Shown here in pieces: positions 48,922 to 57,914 of a stretch of DNA of 64,000 nt (its first letter is position 1; every line of letters starts with the position of its first letter). Made by a program: the position numbers and the translations under genes. Below the pieces are notes generated by a model. It did no database searches, was not told the DNA's origin, and saw nothing but the letters and a program-made list of their open reading frames with translations. Source of the stretch: Candidatus Omnitrophota bacterium (GTDB lineage Bacteria > Omnitrophota > Gorgyraeia > Zapsychrales > Fredricksoniimonadaceae); contig PEAF01000003.1 in assembly GCA_002753465.1 (NCBI GenBank), positions 13,551 through 77,550 of the forward strand. Direction: 5' to 3'.

Positions 48922-49325
48922 TGATTTTCCAATCTAAGATCCATTAATGATGCCGCAGGTATATCATCGCTACCGGATACCGGTTCAACATCCAAAGAAA
49001 CAGACTCACCTACAAAACGCAGCAATCTGCTATCAGCGATTTGTGTTGCACCGCTAAATATATTCGGTTTATCGTATTGAATCCCTTGTAACCACATTTT
49101 TTGACGAAGCTTGATATCAGAAGCCACGGAGATCTCTGGTGCCCAAGTTCCAGACATTGTCTTTTCCTGAAAAAAACTCACATCATTTAATCTTAAAATA
49201 GATCCCAAAGATACAAAATCAAACAGGTAATCCTTGGAAACTCCATGCACCTTGAAACTAAAAAGCAAGAAAACTAAAATATGAGAAATGATCGCCAAGC
49301 TGGCCGCTCGATGCCATGCCAACAT
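48918..49325 (-). CDS. TonB/TolA-position N-terminally anchored protein, no recognisable C-terminal domain
   Basis: A single N-terminal TM with an embedded His (AASLAIISHILVFLLFSF). It directly follows exbD, with GGAGGAG upstream. It has no Pro-rich spacer and no TonB_C-like end. Confidence 0.35.
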   Translation of the reverse strand: MLAWHRAASLAIISHILVFLLFSFKVHGVSKDYLFDFVSLGSILRLNDVSFFQEKTMSGTWAPEISVASDIKLRQKMWLQGIQYDKPNIFSGATQIADSRLLRFVGESVSLDVEPVSGSDDIPAASLMDLRLENH

Positions 49326-49328
49326 AAA

Positions 49329-49724
49329 CTACTCCTCCTGATCACTTGCGACATTAATACGTTTAATTCCTGTTGCACGTGCAATATCCCATATATCAAC
49401 AACGCGGCCAACAGACGCCCTGCGGTCGACCTTTATAAAAAGTCCCGCGGGCGTTCTTTTTACAAAGAGATTTCTGAGTTCCTGCAAGGTTATAATCCTA
49501 TTATTAATAAATAAAATGTTTTCTCCCGTCACGACAACAGTTAGATCTGTAACATTAAGCATGTCACTGGTAACAACCTTAGGAAGCTTTACAAGCATGA
49601 CAGGTTTTCCTAAAGACACCGGGACAATGTAAAGAAAAGCCAAAATAAGAAGTGCCAGATTTATAAAAGCAAAGGCATCGATCCGTAATATAGGCGAAAC
49701 CTTTACATATTGAGCAAAATTCAT
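49329..49724 (-). CDS. ExbD/TolR family PMF-stator subunit
   Basis: 131 aa. TM with the conserved Asp (ILRIDAFAFINLALLILAF). Periplasmic domain ...FIKVDRRASVGRVVDIWDIARATG. Confidence 0.8.
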   Translation of the reverse strand: MNFAQYVKVSPILRIDAFAFINLALLILAFLYIVPVSLGKPVMLVKLPKVVTSDMLNVTDLTVVVTGENILFINNRIITLQELRNLFVKRTPAGLFIKVDRRASVGRVVDIWDIARATGIKRINVASDQEE

Positions 49725-50395
49725 ACATCCTCCTTGATAAAAAGATTGCTTCCATTGGAGGATGCCATGATCGATAAAAGAGAAGCTGAAGATCTTTCCA
49801 ATCCGTGAACAGTATCAAGAATTTTTCCAGCCAGATAATTATGGGCCATCAAAGCGACAATGCTAACCGTTAAACCACTCGCTGTTGTGATCAAAGCATG
49901 CCAAACACCCGTTGTAACATCCGCCATCGTCATGGGGTTAATTGCTTCAGTACGAATTTGCACCAAATATAAAACATTGGCAAGCCCAAGGACAGTCCCC
50001 AAGATCCCTAATAAAGGGGCGACGGTGACCATCGTGGCAAGAATATTCATGCCGTTTTCTAATACCGGAAGTTCTTGCTTGACGATGCCGTGCATCGCTT
50101 CTGATATATCACTTTCGGCACACGCGAATTTCAAAAGCCCGGATTTAAAAATCCCTCCTAAAAGAGATGAAGTAGCATCACATAACTCAATAGCTTGCTT
50201 GATCTCATTCTTACGAACAGCCGCAAGAACACAGTCGGTAAGTATTGCCGATTCTTTAACAACCAATGATAGAGAAAACATTTTCTGGATAATAACAGTC
50301 AATGAGATCATCGAACACGCTAGAATAGGCCACATCAATGGCCCTCCCATTATAAAAATCTGCCAGGGTGTTATTTCTGTCATGAGTACACTCAA
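49721..50395 (-). CDS. MotA/TolQ/ExbB family proton channel
   Basis: 224 aa, three TM segments. C-terminal signature TVAPLLGILGTVLGL...ALITTASGLTVSIVAL. Confidence 0.85.
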   Translation of the reverse strand: MSVLMTEITPWQIFIMGGPLMWPILACSMISLTVIIQKMFSLSLVVKESAILTDCVLAAVRKNEIKQAIELCDATSSLLGGIFKSGLLKFACAESDISEAMHGIVKQELPVLENGMNILATMVTVAPLLGILGTVLGLANVLYLVQIRTEAINPMTMADVTTGVWHALITTASGLTVSIVALMAHNYLAGKILDTVHGLERSSASLLSIMASSNGSNLFIKEDV

Positions 50396-52870
50396 CTAAT
50401 TCTTGGTACGTCTGTCTAAAACCCAGGCGATGCGCTCAGCCGCAAATTTAGATTCAGCCACATTCATATCAACGATCTTCTTATAGGCGGCAACAGCCTT
50501 ATCCCAATCTTCTTTATTCTCATATATCTTGCCGATCCTCAGATAAGCTTTGATCACCCAAGAGGACTCCTTTGAATAAATATAGGGGATCTTGAAATAA
50601 ACCTCTGCTGCCTTATCAAGTTCTCCCAGGATTTCATAAGCATCACCCATCGCAAATTGTATTTGAGCATTAGTTGTATCACTTTGCCCCTTAGGCGCAT
50701 CGAATGCCTTTTGATAGGCATTAAGCTCATCGTTATATTGACGCTGCTTACGGTAAATCTGCGCAATCTTAACTAAAGCATCACGGGTAAAATCAGGGCT
50801 GGTGGCAATGATACTTTGATACGTTTCAATGGCTTTGGCAGGGTCAATTTCCTTGGAAAATATCTCCGCGATCGCCAACTTTGCTTTCGGGTAAAAAGAA
50901 GGGTCTTTCTTGGCATCAACCTGCCGGTAATGTTCCAATGCCTTATCAAACTGCTCTAAAGCATGGTAAGCTCGCGCCAACTCAAAATGAATCATTCCCG
51001 TCTTGGGCGTTTGAGGCATATCGTTAAGAGCAGCTAAGTAATATTCAACGGCACGTTCGAATGCACGCGTAGTCATAGCGTGCTGCCCCATCCAGAGGTA
51101 AGACTCCAGCGCGGCATCAGTTTTAGGGTACCGATACGCAATCTCTTTAAATCGGACAAGTCCCTCCTTAACATCACCCATTTCATAATAAGTTTTTGCA
51201 ATACCTGTTTGCGCATTTTGAACAATTAGGGGTTGATCGGGATAAATCTTTATCATTTCATTAAAAATATTAATAGCTTTATCAAATTGGTGAAGATTAA
51301 AATAAGCCAGCGCTAAAAGATATCTCGCTTCAGATGAAAACTCGCCCTGGACCGACGCCGTGGAAATAAAGGCCGTTAAGACTTCGACCGTAGAGGCCCA
51401 GTCTTTCTTTTTAAAATAGGCGGCGCCAAGATAATATTTAGATTCGTTTAAATACTTACTGTTCGCATAATTTGTTTTTAATGCCTGTAAGGCCAAAACA
51501 GCAGAATCAATTTGCCCCATCTTGAGAAGCGCAACCCCCAGCATGTATTGAGCATGGTCAGAATAGGGCGTGTCAGGCATCTCCTTAAGGATTTTGTCGT
51601 AGATACCAATCGCCTTATCCATTTCACTGGCATCCTGATAAGCATCAGCAATCTGAGTCAAAGCACTGGCTTTTACATTCTTACTGTCAGCTTTATCGAC
51701 AACGGACTGGAAGCTCTTAATGGAGCTTGCAAGGTCTCCGCTTTTAAGATATGTCCACGCCAATCCAAAACGGGCTTTCTCAATAAGATTGACCTGAGCA
51801 GGGTCCATTTCATAAAGTGAAATAAGCTGTTTGTAATCGTTAATGGCCAGGGCATATTCATTAATAAGATAGTAAGCGTTAGCGCGCCCCAAATAACTTT
51901 CAACAACGCGACCACTAGACGGAAAACGTGAAATAAGGTCACTGTAACTGATGATCGCCTCTTTGAATTTTTCCTGAGATGTGAACAGGCTCGCTTTCCC
52001 CAGAAGAATATCTTCTTCTGAAATATTGCCCGATTTAGCCGCCGACTGGGCCTCATCAAATGCTTTCAGGGCTTCATCAAACTTCTGCATTTTCATGTAG
52101 CTCCAGCCTACGCCGATCATGGATAACATGATCGATCTGGAGTCCTTGGTCAATGACTTAGCTTTTAAATATCCGTCTACAGACTTGTCAAATTGTTCAA
52201 GGTAGTAGAACGCCTCGGCAATATTAAACTGTGCGTCATAAAGCCGGGACGACTGCGGATGATCTTGAATATATTTGCTGAACTGGACAATAGAGGCCTC
52301 ATACTGACCAGCGTTATAGTCACATTCACCTAGTTTGAAGGCCGCGTCCTCAGAAAGATTATTGGATGGGTATTTCTCGATCAAAAGTTGAAATGTTTTC
52401 TTGGACTGGTCATAATCACCTTTTTGAAAATAACTCCAGGCCAAAGAATAATATGCCTGTGATGTGTAAAGTGATGACGGGAAGCCGTCAATCACTTGAC
52501 GGTACTGTTCTTGTGCCTTGGCAAGATCGCCACCTTTTAAATAGGTTTCTCCTAACCAGAAAAGAGAGGCGTCTTTATACTCCCCGCGACCGACAAGGTC
52601 TTTAAAAATAGCAAAAGCCTTAACGTATTCTTTCTTAAAAAAATAACATTGTCCTTCTAAGAGCTTAGCTTCAACTAATTTGGTCGTGGCGGGGAATTCT
52701 TTTAAAAGCTGATCGATATAACGGATGGAAACATCAAAGAAACCATCTTCGAAAGCACGTTGAGCAACAACATAAAGCTCTTTTTCATTAGAAGCGGAAA
52801 ATGAGGGCTCTTGAGGACTAAATATGAAAATATTTAAAAATATTAAACTTATTAAATAGACTTTTCTCAT
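50396..52870 (-). CDS. large exported TPR-repeat protein (YbgF/CpoB- or BamD-like repeats)
   Basis: 824 aa. Signal peptide, then continuous TPR-like units (A..Y.LG..Y...g.y..A...F). Its stop abuts the exbB start. Confidence 0.8.
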   Translation of the reverse strand: MRKVYLISLIFLNIFIFSPQEPSFSASNEKELYVVAQRAFEDGFFDVSIRYIDQLLKEFPATTKLVEAKLLEGQCYFFKKEYVKAFAIFKDLVGRGEYKDASLFWLGETYLKGGDLAKAQEQYRQVIDGFPSSLYTSQAYYSLAWSYFQKGDYDQSKKTFQLLIEKYPSNNLSEDAAFKLGECDYNAGQYEASIVQFSKYIQDHPQSSRLYDAQFNIAEAFYYLEQFDKSVDGYLKAKSLTKDSRSIMLSMIGVGWSYMKMQKFDEALKAFDEAQSAAKSGNISEEDILLGKASLFTSQEKFKEAIISYSDLISRFPSSGRVVESYLGRANAYYLINEYALAINDYKQLISLYEMDPAQVNLIEKARFGLAWTYLKSGDLASSIKSFQSVVDKADSKNVKASALTQIADAYQDASEMDKAIGIYDKILKEMPDTPYSDHAQYMLGVALLKMGQIDSAVLALQALKTNYANSKYLNESKYYLGAAYFKKKDWASTVEVLTAFISTASVQGEFSSEARYLLALAYFNLHQFDKAINIFNEMIKIYPDQPLIVQNAQTGIAKTYYEMGDVKEGLVRFKEIAYRYPKTDAALESYLWMGQHAMTTRAFERAVEYYLAALNDMPQTPKTGMIHFELARAYHALEQFDKALEHYRQVDAKKDPSFYPKAKLAIAEIFSKEIDPAKAIETYQSIIATSPDFTRDALVKIAQIYRKQRQYNDELNAYQKAFDAPKGQSDTTNAQIQFAMGDAYEILGELDKAAEVYFKIPYIYSKESSWVIKAYLRIGKIYENKEDWDKAVAAYKKIVDMNVAESKFAAERIAWVLDRRTKN

Positions 52871-52922
52871 AATGAAAACATTCTACCAAGAATAAGTTTG
52901 TTTTCAGGAAAAATCGGAAATA

Positions 52923-55709
52923 TTATCTTAAAAGCAGCGGCCGTAAATATTGCCCTGTATAAGATCGTGCGTGGTGAACAAGATCTTCAGGTCTTCCGCA
53001 AAAAACAATCTCTCCACCCCGGTCACCGCCATCTGGGCCAAGATCGATGATACAGTCAGCTGATTTGATCACGTCAAGATTATGTTCAATTACCAGTACT
53101 GTGTTGCCTTTATCAACAAGCCGTTGCAACACTGTTAAGAGTTTCTGGACATCGGCAAAATGCAAGCCCGTTGTCGGTTCGTCAAGAACATATAAAGTGC
53201 GCCCTGTCGCCGGCTTACAGAGTTCTGCCGCCAGCTTGACACGCTGGGCCTCGCCGCCGGAAAGAGTCGTTGCCGACTGTCCTAACTTAATATAACCAAG
53301 TCCGACATCATTAATCACTTCAAAAATACGCCGTATGCGGGGTATATTCTCGAAAATATCCAGTGCTTCAATGATCGAAAGATCCAGGATCTGGCTAATA
53401 TTCTTGCCTTTGTATTCAACTTGAAGCGTCTGCTCGTTAAACCGGTGACCATGGCAAACCTCACACTCCACATGAACATCCGGCAGAAAATGCATCTCTA
53501 TTTCTTTGACACCGTCTCCCTGACATGCTTCACACCGACCACCTTTAACATTAAAACTAAATCTTCCCGGATCGTATCCACGTAATTTAGCTTCAGGTAA
53601 TCGAGCGAACAAAGAACGAATATCTGTAAAGACACCTGTATATGTCACGGGATTGGAACGAGGCGTTCTTCCGATAGGCGATTGATCGACGACGATCACC
53701 TTGTCAATATTATCCAAACCAGTGATTTTTTTGAATGCGCCAGGTTTTTCACGCGAATGATTGATCTTCTGTGCAATGGCCTTATAAAGAACATCGTTCA
53801 CAAGGGTGGATTTGCCAGACCCTGAGACTCCGGTAATGCATATAAAAGCACCTAAGGGGAAATCAACGTCAATATTTTTAAGATTATGTTCAGACACGCC
53901 TGTGAGACGGATAAACTTGGTGTTGATGATTTCACGCCGTTTGTCCGGAAGAGGGACTTTAATGGCTCCCTTCAAATATTTTCCAGTCAATGATCCCGGT
54001 GTATTCATGATCCCTTCTACGGGGCCGGCGTACATGATCTCACCCCCATGAAGCCCGGCTCCTGGTCCGAGATCAACCACCCAATCTGCCCGACGGATCG
54101 TTTCTTCATCATGCTCAACGACGATCAGTGTGTTACCAAGATCGCGAAGGGCATGCAAACTGGCCAGTAAACGATCATTATCTTTTTGATGCAATCCGAT
54201 CGATGGCTCATCAAGCACATAAACAACACCGACCAGTCCTGATCCGACCTGGGTAGCCAGCCGGATACGCTCGGCTTCGCCACCGGATAGGGTGCCGCTC
54301 TTACGGTCAAGGGTAAGGTAATCCAGGCCGACATTGATACAAAAATCCAGCCTGCGATTGATCTCTTTCAGGATGGGGTCGGCGATAGATACTTTGTCAC
54401 TATCCCAACTTAACCCTGCAAAGAAGTCTTTGGCTTCAGTAATAGAGAGCTTTACGACATCGGCAATATTCTTCCCCCCCACTAAAACCATCAGCGACTC
54501 TCTTTTGAGTCGATCGCCGTTGCATGATGGACACGGCGCCTCAGACATGAACTTGGAGATCTCTTCCTTTAACCAGTCACTGTCTGTCTCACGGAAAAGC
54601 CGCTCCAAATATCCGGCCACACCCTCAAATTTCTTGCCCCAAATAATATCCTCTCCGCCGAAAAGAACACGTTTCTTAAAATCCTTTGGAAGTTTATTGA
54701 ATGGCGTCGTTGCATTAATATTGTAAAGACCGGCGATTTCACGCAAAACCGCGCGATAATACATCATGTACCCGCGTTGCCCCTTTCTCCACGGCACTAT
54801 AGCGGAAACCCATGGCTTATCCGGGTCACTGACCAATGATAAAGTGTCAATTTCCATCTTAGTGCCAATACCATTGCACTCCGGGCATGCACCATAGGGC
54901 GAATTAAAGGAGAACGTACGTGGCTCAAGTTCAGGTAAATTTATATCCTCATCAGGAACGGAGAAACTTTCGCTAAGCATCAAGTCCGGCTTATTATCTT
55001 GAAAGCCGACAATTAGAAATCCTTTTCCTATTCTAAGGGCTGTTTCGGTAGAATCTGTCAGACGGGATTTAATATCAGGCTTTACCGTTAAACGATCAAT
55101 CATGATCTCGATCGAATGCACCTTATAACGGTCTAATTTAATCTTTTCACTTACTTCATAAATCTCGCCATCAACACGTAAACGGGCAAATCCGGCCTTA
55201 GCAACTTCGTTACCGATATTAGGATAGGTTCCCTTTTTACCGCGTACGTAAGGGGCAAGTATCTGAATCTTTGTTCCTTCAGGAAGTCGCAGTATACGAT
55301 CGACCATTTCCTGGGCAGACTGCTTCTCAAGCTTAGTACCTTTGTAGTATGGCACCCCAGTCCTTGCAAAAAGCAAACGTAAATAATCGTAGATCTCGGT
55401 TTGAGTCGCTACCGTAGATCGAGGATTGCGGCTTGTGGTTTTCTGTTCAATGGAAATCGTAGGGCTAAGGCCTTCGATGGACTCAACGTCAGGCTTTTGC
55501 ATTTGATCAAGGAATTGACGTGCATAGGCAGACAGACTTTCAACATATCTACGCTGTCCTTCAGCATAAATAGTGTCAAAAGCCAGTGAAGATTTTCCTG
55601 AACCACTTAAGCCCGTCACAACAATAAACTTATTGCGCGGCAACTCAAGTGAAACATTCTTCAGATTATGTTCTTTAGCGTTTTTTATAACGATATTATT
55701 TAATTGCAT
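52923..55709 (-). CDS. uvrA: excinuclease ABC subunit A
   Basis: 928 aa. Two ABC modules ([45 protein letters not shown]) and zinc modules CPECNGIG and CEACQGDG. Confidence 0.97.
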   Translation of the reverse strand: MQLNNIVIKNAKEHNLKNVSLELPRNKFIVVTGLSGSGKSSLAFDTIYAEGQRRYVESLSAYARQFLDQMQKPDVESIEGLSPTISIEQKTTSRNPRSTVATQTEIYDYLRLLFARTGVPYYKGTKLEKQSAQEMVDRILRLPEGTKIQILAPYVRGKKGTYPNIGNEVAKAGFARLRVDGEIYEVSEKIKLDRYKVHSIEIMIDRLTVKPDIKSRLTDSTETALRIGKGFLIVGFQDNKPDLMLSESFSVPDEDINLPELEPRTFSFNSPYGACPECNGIGTKMEIDTLSLVSDPDKPWVSAIVPWRKGQRGYMMYYRAVLREIAGLYNINATTPFNKLPKDFKKRVLFGGEDIIWGKKFEGVAGYLERLFRETDSDWLKEEISKFMSEAPCPSCNGDRLKRESLMVLVGGKNIADVVKLSITEAKDFFAGLSWDSDKVSIADPILKEINRRLDFCINVGLDYLTLDRKSGTLSGGEAERIRLATQVGSGLVGVVYVLDEPSIGLHQKDNDRLLASLHALRDLGNTLIVVEHDEETIRRADWVVDLGPGAGLHGGEIMYAGPVEGIMNTPGSLTGKYLKGAIKVPLPDKRREIINTKFIRLTGVSEHNLKNIDVDFPLGAFICITGVSGSGKSTLVNDVLYKAIAQKINHSREKPGAFKKITGLDNIDKVIVVDQSPIGRTPRSNPVTYTGVFTDIRSLFARLPEAKLRGYDPGRFSFNVKGGRCEACQGDGVKEIEMHFLPDVHVECEVCHGHRFNEQTLQVEYKGKNISQILDLSIIEALDIFENIPRIRRIFEVINDVGLGYIKLGQSATTLSGGEAQRVKLAAELCKPATGRTLYVLDEPTTGLHFADVQKLLTVLQRLVDKGNTVLVIEHNLDVIKSADCIIDLGPDGGDRGGEIVFCGRPEDLVHHARSYTGQYLRPLLLR

Positions 55710-55754
55710 ATACAGTACCTTTTAAGTTTAGTCCTGTATTTTACTCTGCGCTTA

Positions 55755-55797
55755 CAAAAAAACAACCCCTCTCATCATTTCTGACGAGAGGGGTTGT
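55755..55797 (-). terminator. rho-independent terminator after the small Lys-rich gene
   Basis: Minus strand ACAACCCCTCTC-(12-nt loop)-GAGAGGGGTTGT followed by TTTTTTT. Confidence 0.7.
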
Positions 55798-55821
55798 TAA
55801 AGAAAATACTAAAGGAAAGAA

Positions 55822-56091
55822 TTACTTCTTTGCCTTCTTAGCGACCTTCTTCTTCTTGCCGCCCTTGACCATAGCCGCGCAAGAGATATCTCCCTGCTTG
55901 TCAATGAAGTACAGGAAACCAGCTTCCTTCTTGATGCCGACCTTAGCGACCTTCTTGGTCTTACCACCCTTCTTGTCGCCGCGAGCCATAGCTGCGCAGG
56001 AAACGTCACCCTGCTTATCAATGAAATACAGGAATCCCTTTTCCTTCTTGACCCCAACCTTCTGAACTTTCTTAGCCATTTTCTTATTCAC
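55822..56091 (-). CDS. small lysine-rich protein with an internal 39-aa duplication (uncharacterised)
   Basis: KKVxKVG(V/I)KKExGFLYFIDKQGD(V/I)SCAAM occurs twice. The track start at 56091 is GTG. An ATG at 56079 (MAKKVQK) is also possible, with AAAGGGGG upstream. The gene has its own terminator. Confidence 0.6.
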   Translation of the reverse strand: MNKKMAKKVQKVGVKKEKGFLYFIDKQGDVSCAAMARGDKKGGKTKKVAKVGIKKEAGFLYFIDKQGDISCAAMVKGGKKKKVAKKAKK

Positions 56092-56117
56092 CCCCTTTCG
56101 TCATGCTTATGTAGTGT

Positions 56118-56945
56118 TTAGGTACCGACTTTTACATTCATTGCAAATTCCTGAAGAGTTTTAATCCCAGAAAGAACAGCTAGATAACTTGTTTTAGGAT
56201 TGTCCGGACAAATCGTGTTCTCTGATCTAGTTGTTATCTGTCCGAATTTACCACTAAGAGTTATCTCGTGTGTATTGCATTTTAAATTAGGTGAAGCAAT
56301 GATCCTGACACACAACTTGGCCCGAGGTCCCGCCGCCAAAGCTACAGCGGCAGCAACATTAATGTTTTGGGGGAAAAGATGGACAGCATCTTTAACATTG
56401 CCATCAAATAAGACAACATCTTTCTTAATAGCGCCTGAAAGAAGCTTTTTCTCTTGAACATAGGGGTTATTTAAAAAGCCGGATGGCGGCTTCCTGGACG
56501 TAAGTGTGATCGAAGTAATGCGCACAAGCGCTGCAGCTTTAATGGCATCAAGACCTGCAACGGCTCCTGAAGGTAATAAAAGAGTGGCTCCAGAACGTTC
56601 CACTAAAGCAAAAAGACTGCGGTTACCCAGCAGTCTTCCAATACTCATCGCCAAAACAGTTTTACCAGCTTTAATAGATCGGGAAACTATATCCAAAGTA
56701 GCAGGCGTATTAACTGCCTCAACTACTAAATTCGAATGACGCAACAGATCGTCGATATTATTAGCCACTTTAACGCGCGTCTTGAAACGCCCTGCAAGCA
56801 CTTTAGCTTTAGTTGCATCAATATCGTAAAGGGCAGAGATCATGAATTTGCTCTTAAGCTCCTTATTTACGCTGAGAGCGATCCTTGAACCTATCGCCCC
56901 GCAACCGACGATACCTAATCTAATCTTGCATTTATCTGAGGTCAT
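56118..56945 (-). CDS. nadX: L-aspartate dehydrogenase
   Basis: Rossmann motif IVGCGAIGS, LLLPSGAVAGLDAIKAA, LFPQNINVAAAVALA, NTHEI, DNPKTSYLAV. These closely match the Thermotoga NadX pattern as I recall it. Confidence 0.85.
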   Translation of the reverse strand: MTSDKCKIRLGIVGCGAIGSRIALSVNKELKSKFMISALYDIDATKAKVLAGRFKTRVKVANNIDDLLRHSNLVVEAVNTPATLDIVSRSIKAGKTVLAMSIGRLLGNRSLFALVERSGATLLLPSGAVAGLDAIKAAALVRITSITLTSRKPPSGFLNNPYVQEKKLLSGAIKKDVVLFDGNVKDAVHLFPQNINVAAAVALAAGPRAKLCVRIIASPNLKCNTHEITLSGKFGQITTRSENTICPDNPKTSYLAVLSGIKTLQEFAMNVKVGT

Positions 56946-57790
56946 TTAGCCTTAACAACAATATTATCGATCAAACGCGTATTACCGATCTTGACCGCTA
57001 CTGCTACAAGTACTTTGCCTTCTATCCGACGGACAGGAAGAAACCTATCGAGCCCTACGCAAGAAACATAAACAATGCTAACATTCGTTCCGTCGGAAAT
57101 CAACTTTTTTATTCTAAAAATTATTTGGGATGCATCACGCTGCCCGTCGGCCACCATTTCTCTTGCAAAACAGAGGGCTTGATACAGCCTCGGAGCGATA
57201 GCTCTTTCCGTCGGAGAAAGAAACGAATTACGTGAGCTCATTGCCAGCCCGTCGCGCTCACGGGCCGTAGGACAGACAGTAATCTTGACGTGAAAATTAA
57301 GATCCTTAATCATTCTTTTTATAACTTCGACCTGCTGCGCGTCTTTTTGGCCAAGGTACATCACATCCGGCTGAATAATGTTAAGCAACTTAGAGACAAC
57401 TGTTGCAACTCCGCGGAAATGACCCTGGCGTGTGGCGCCACATAGAATGTCCGCAATCTGTCCCACGTCAACATATGCCAATTGTTTCTCAGGATACATT
57501 TCTGCAACAGATGGAGCAAAAATAAAGTCAACCCCAGCCGCCTCAGCAACTTGAATATCGTGTTTTAAATTCCGCGGATAACGTGCAAGATCTTCCTTGG
57601 GACCGAACTGGGTTGGATTTACAAATAAACTGACGATCGTCACATCGTTCCTGTTTACCGATGCCTTCATCAAGGAAACATGCCCCGGGTGAAAAAAACC
57701 CATCGTAGGGACAAACCCGATTGAGTTTCTCCTCAATCGTAACTTTGAGATAACACGACGCATGGCTGTAATTGTACGTATGATCCGCAT
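56942..57790 (-). CDS. panC: pantoate--beta-alanine ligase
   Basis: GFVPTMGFFHPGHVSLM, VSLFVNPTQFGP, YLGQKDAQQ. Confidence 0.95.
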   Translation of the reverse strand: MRIIRTITAMRRVISKLRLRRNSIGFVPTMGFFHPGHVSLMKASVNRNDVTIVSLFVNPTQFGPKEDLARYPRNLKHDIQVAEAAGVDFIFAPSVAEMYPEKQLAYVDVGQIADILCGATRQGHFRGVATVVSKLLNIIQPDVMYLGQKDAQQVEVIKRMIKDLNFHVKITVCPTARERDGLAMSSRNSFLSPTERAIAPRLYQALCFAREMVADGQRDASQIIFRIKKLISDGTNVSIVYVSCVGLDRFLPVRRIEGKVLVAVAVKIGNTRLIDNIVVKAK

Positions 57791-57914
57791 AAGCTTCTCA
57801 TTTGGTTGGAATTGTAAATTTAACTATTTAATGCTTATTCGCTTAATTAATATATATTAAATAAGTTAAATTTAACAAGTTTTGTTATCAAACGTTTAAA
57901 TAGAAAGACCTCTC

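Noticed and set aside
49860-50399. 179-aa plus-strand ORF opposite exbB. Similar antisense ORFs occur at 20590-21060 (pdxA), 45673-46107 (pilP-like), 1640-2095 (nnrD) and 8369-8794 (tilS).
   Set aside because: These are shadow ORFs of well-supported minus-strand genes. They have no SD sequences or motifs, and their composition mirrors the opposite-strand codon usage.
52871-52922. Possible extended -10 promoter (TGGTAGAAT) in front of the TPR gene, and a TAAAAT-type promoter for uvrA at about 55720-55750.
   Set aside because: The -35 elements are poor, and the TPR candidate sits only ~10 nt from the ATG. The evidence is not strong enough to list either as a feature.
55809-56057. Alternative-frame 82-aa Arg/Ser-rich ORF and a plus-strand 69-aa ORF (55856-56065) overlapping the small Lys-rich gene.
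   Set aside because: The Lys-rich frame has the SD-like AAAGGGGG and runs up to the terminator. The duplicated units keep their peptide sequence in that frame despite about 20% DNA divergence. The other frames are by-products of the repeat.
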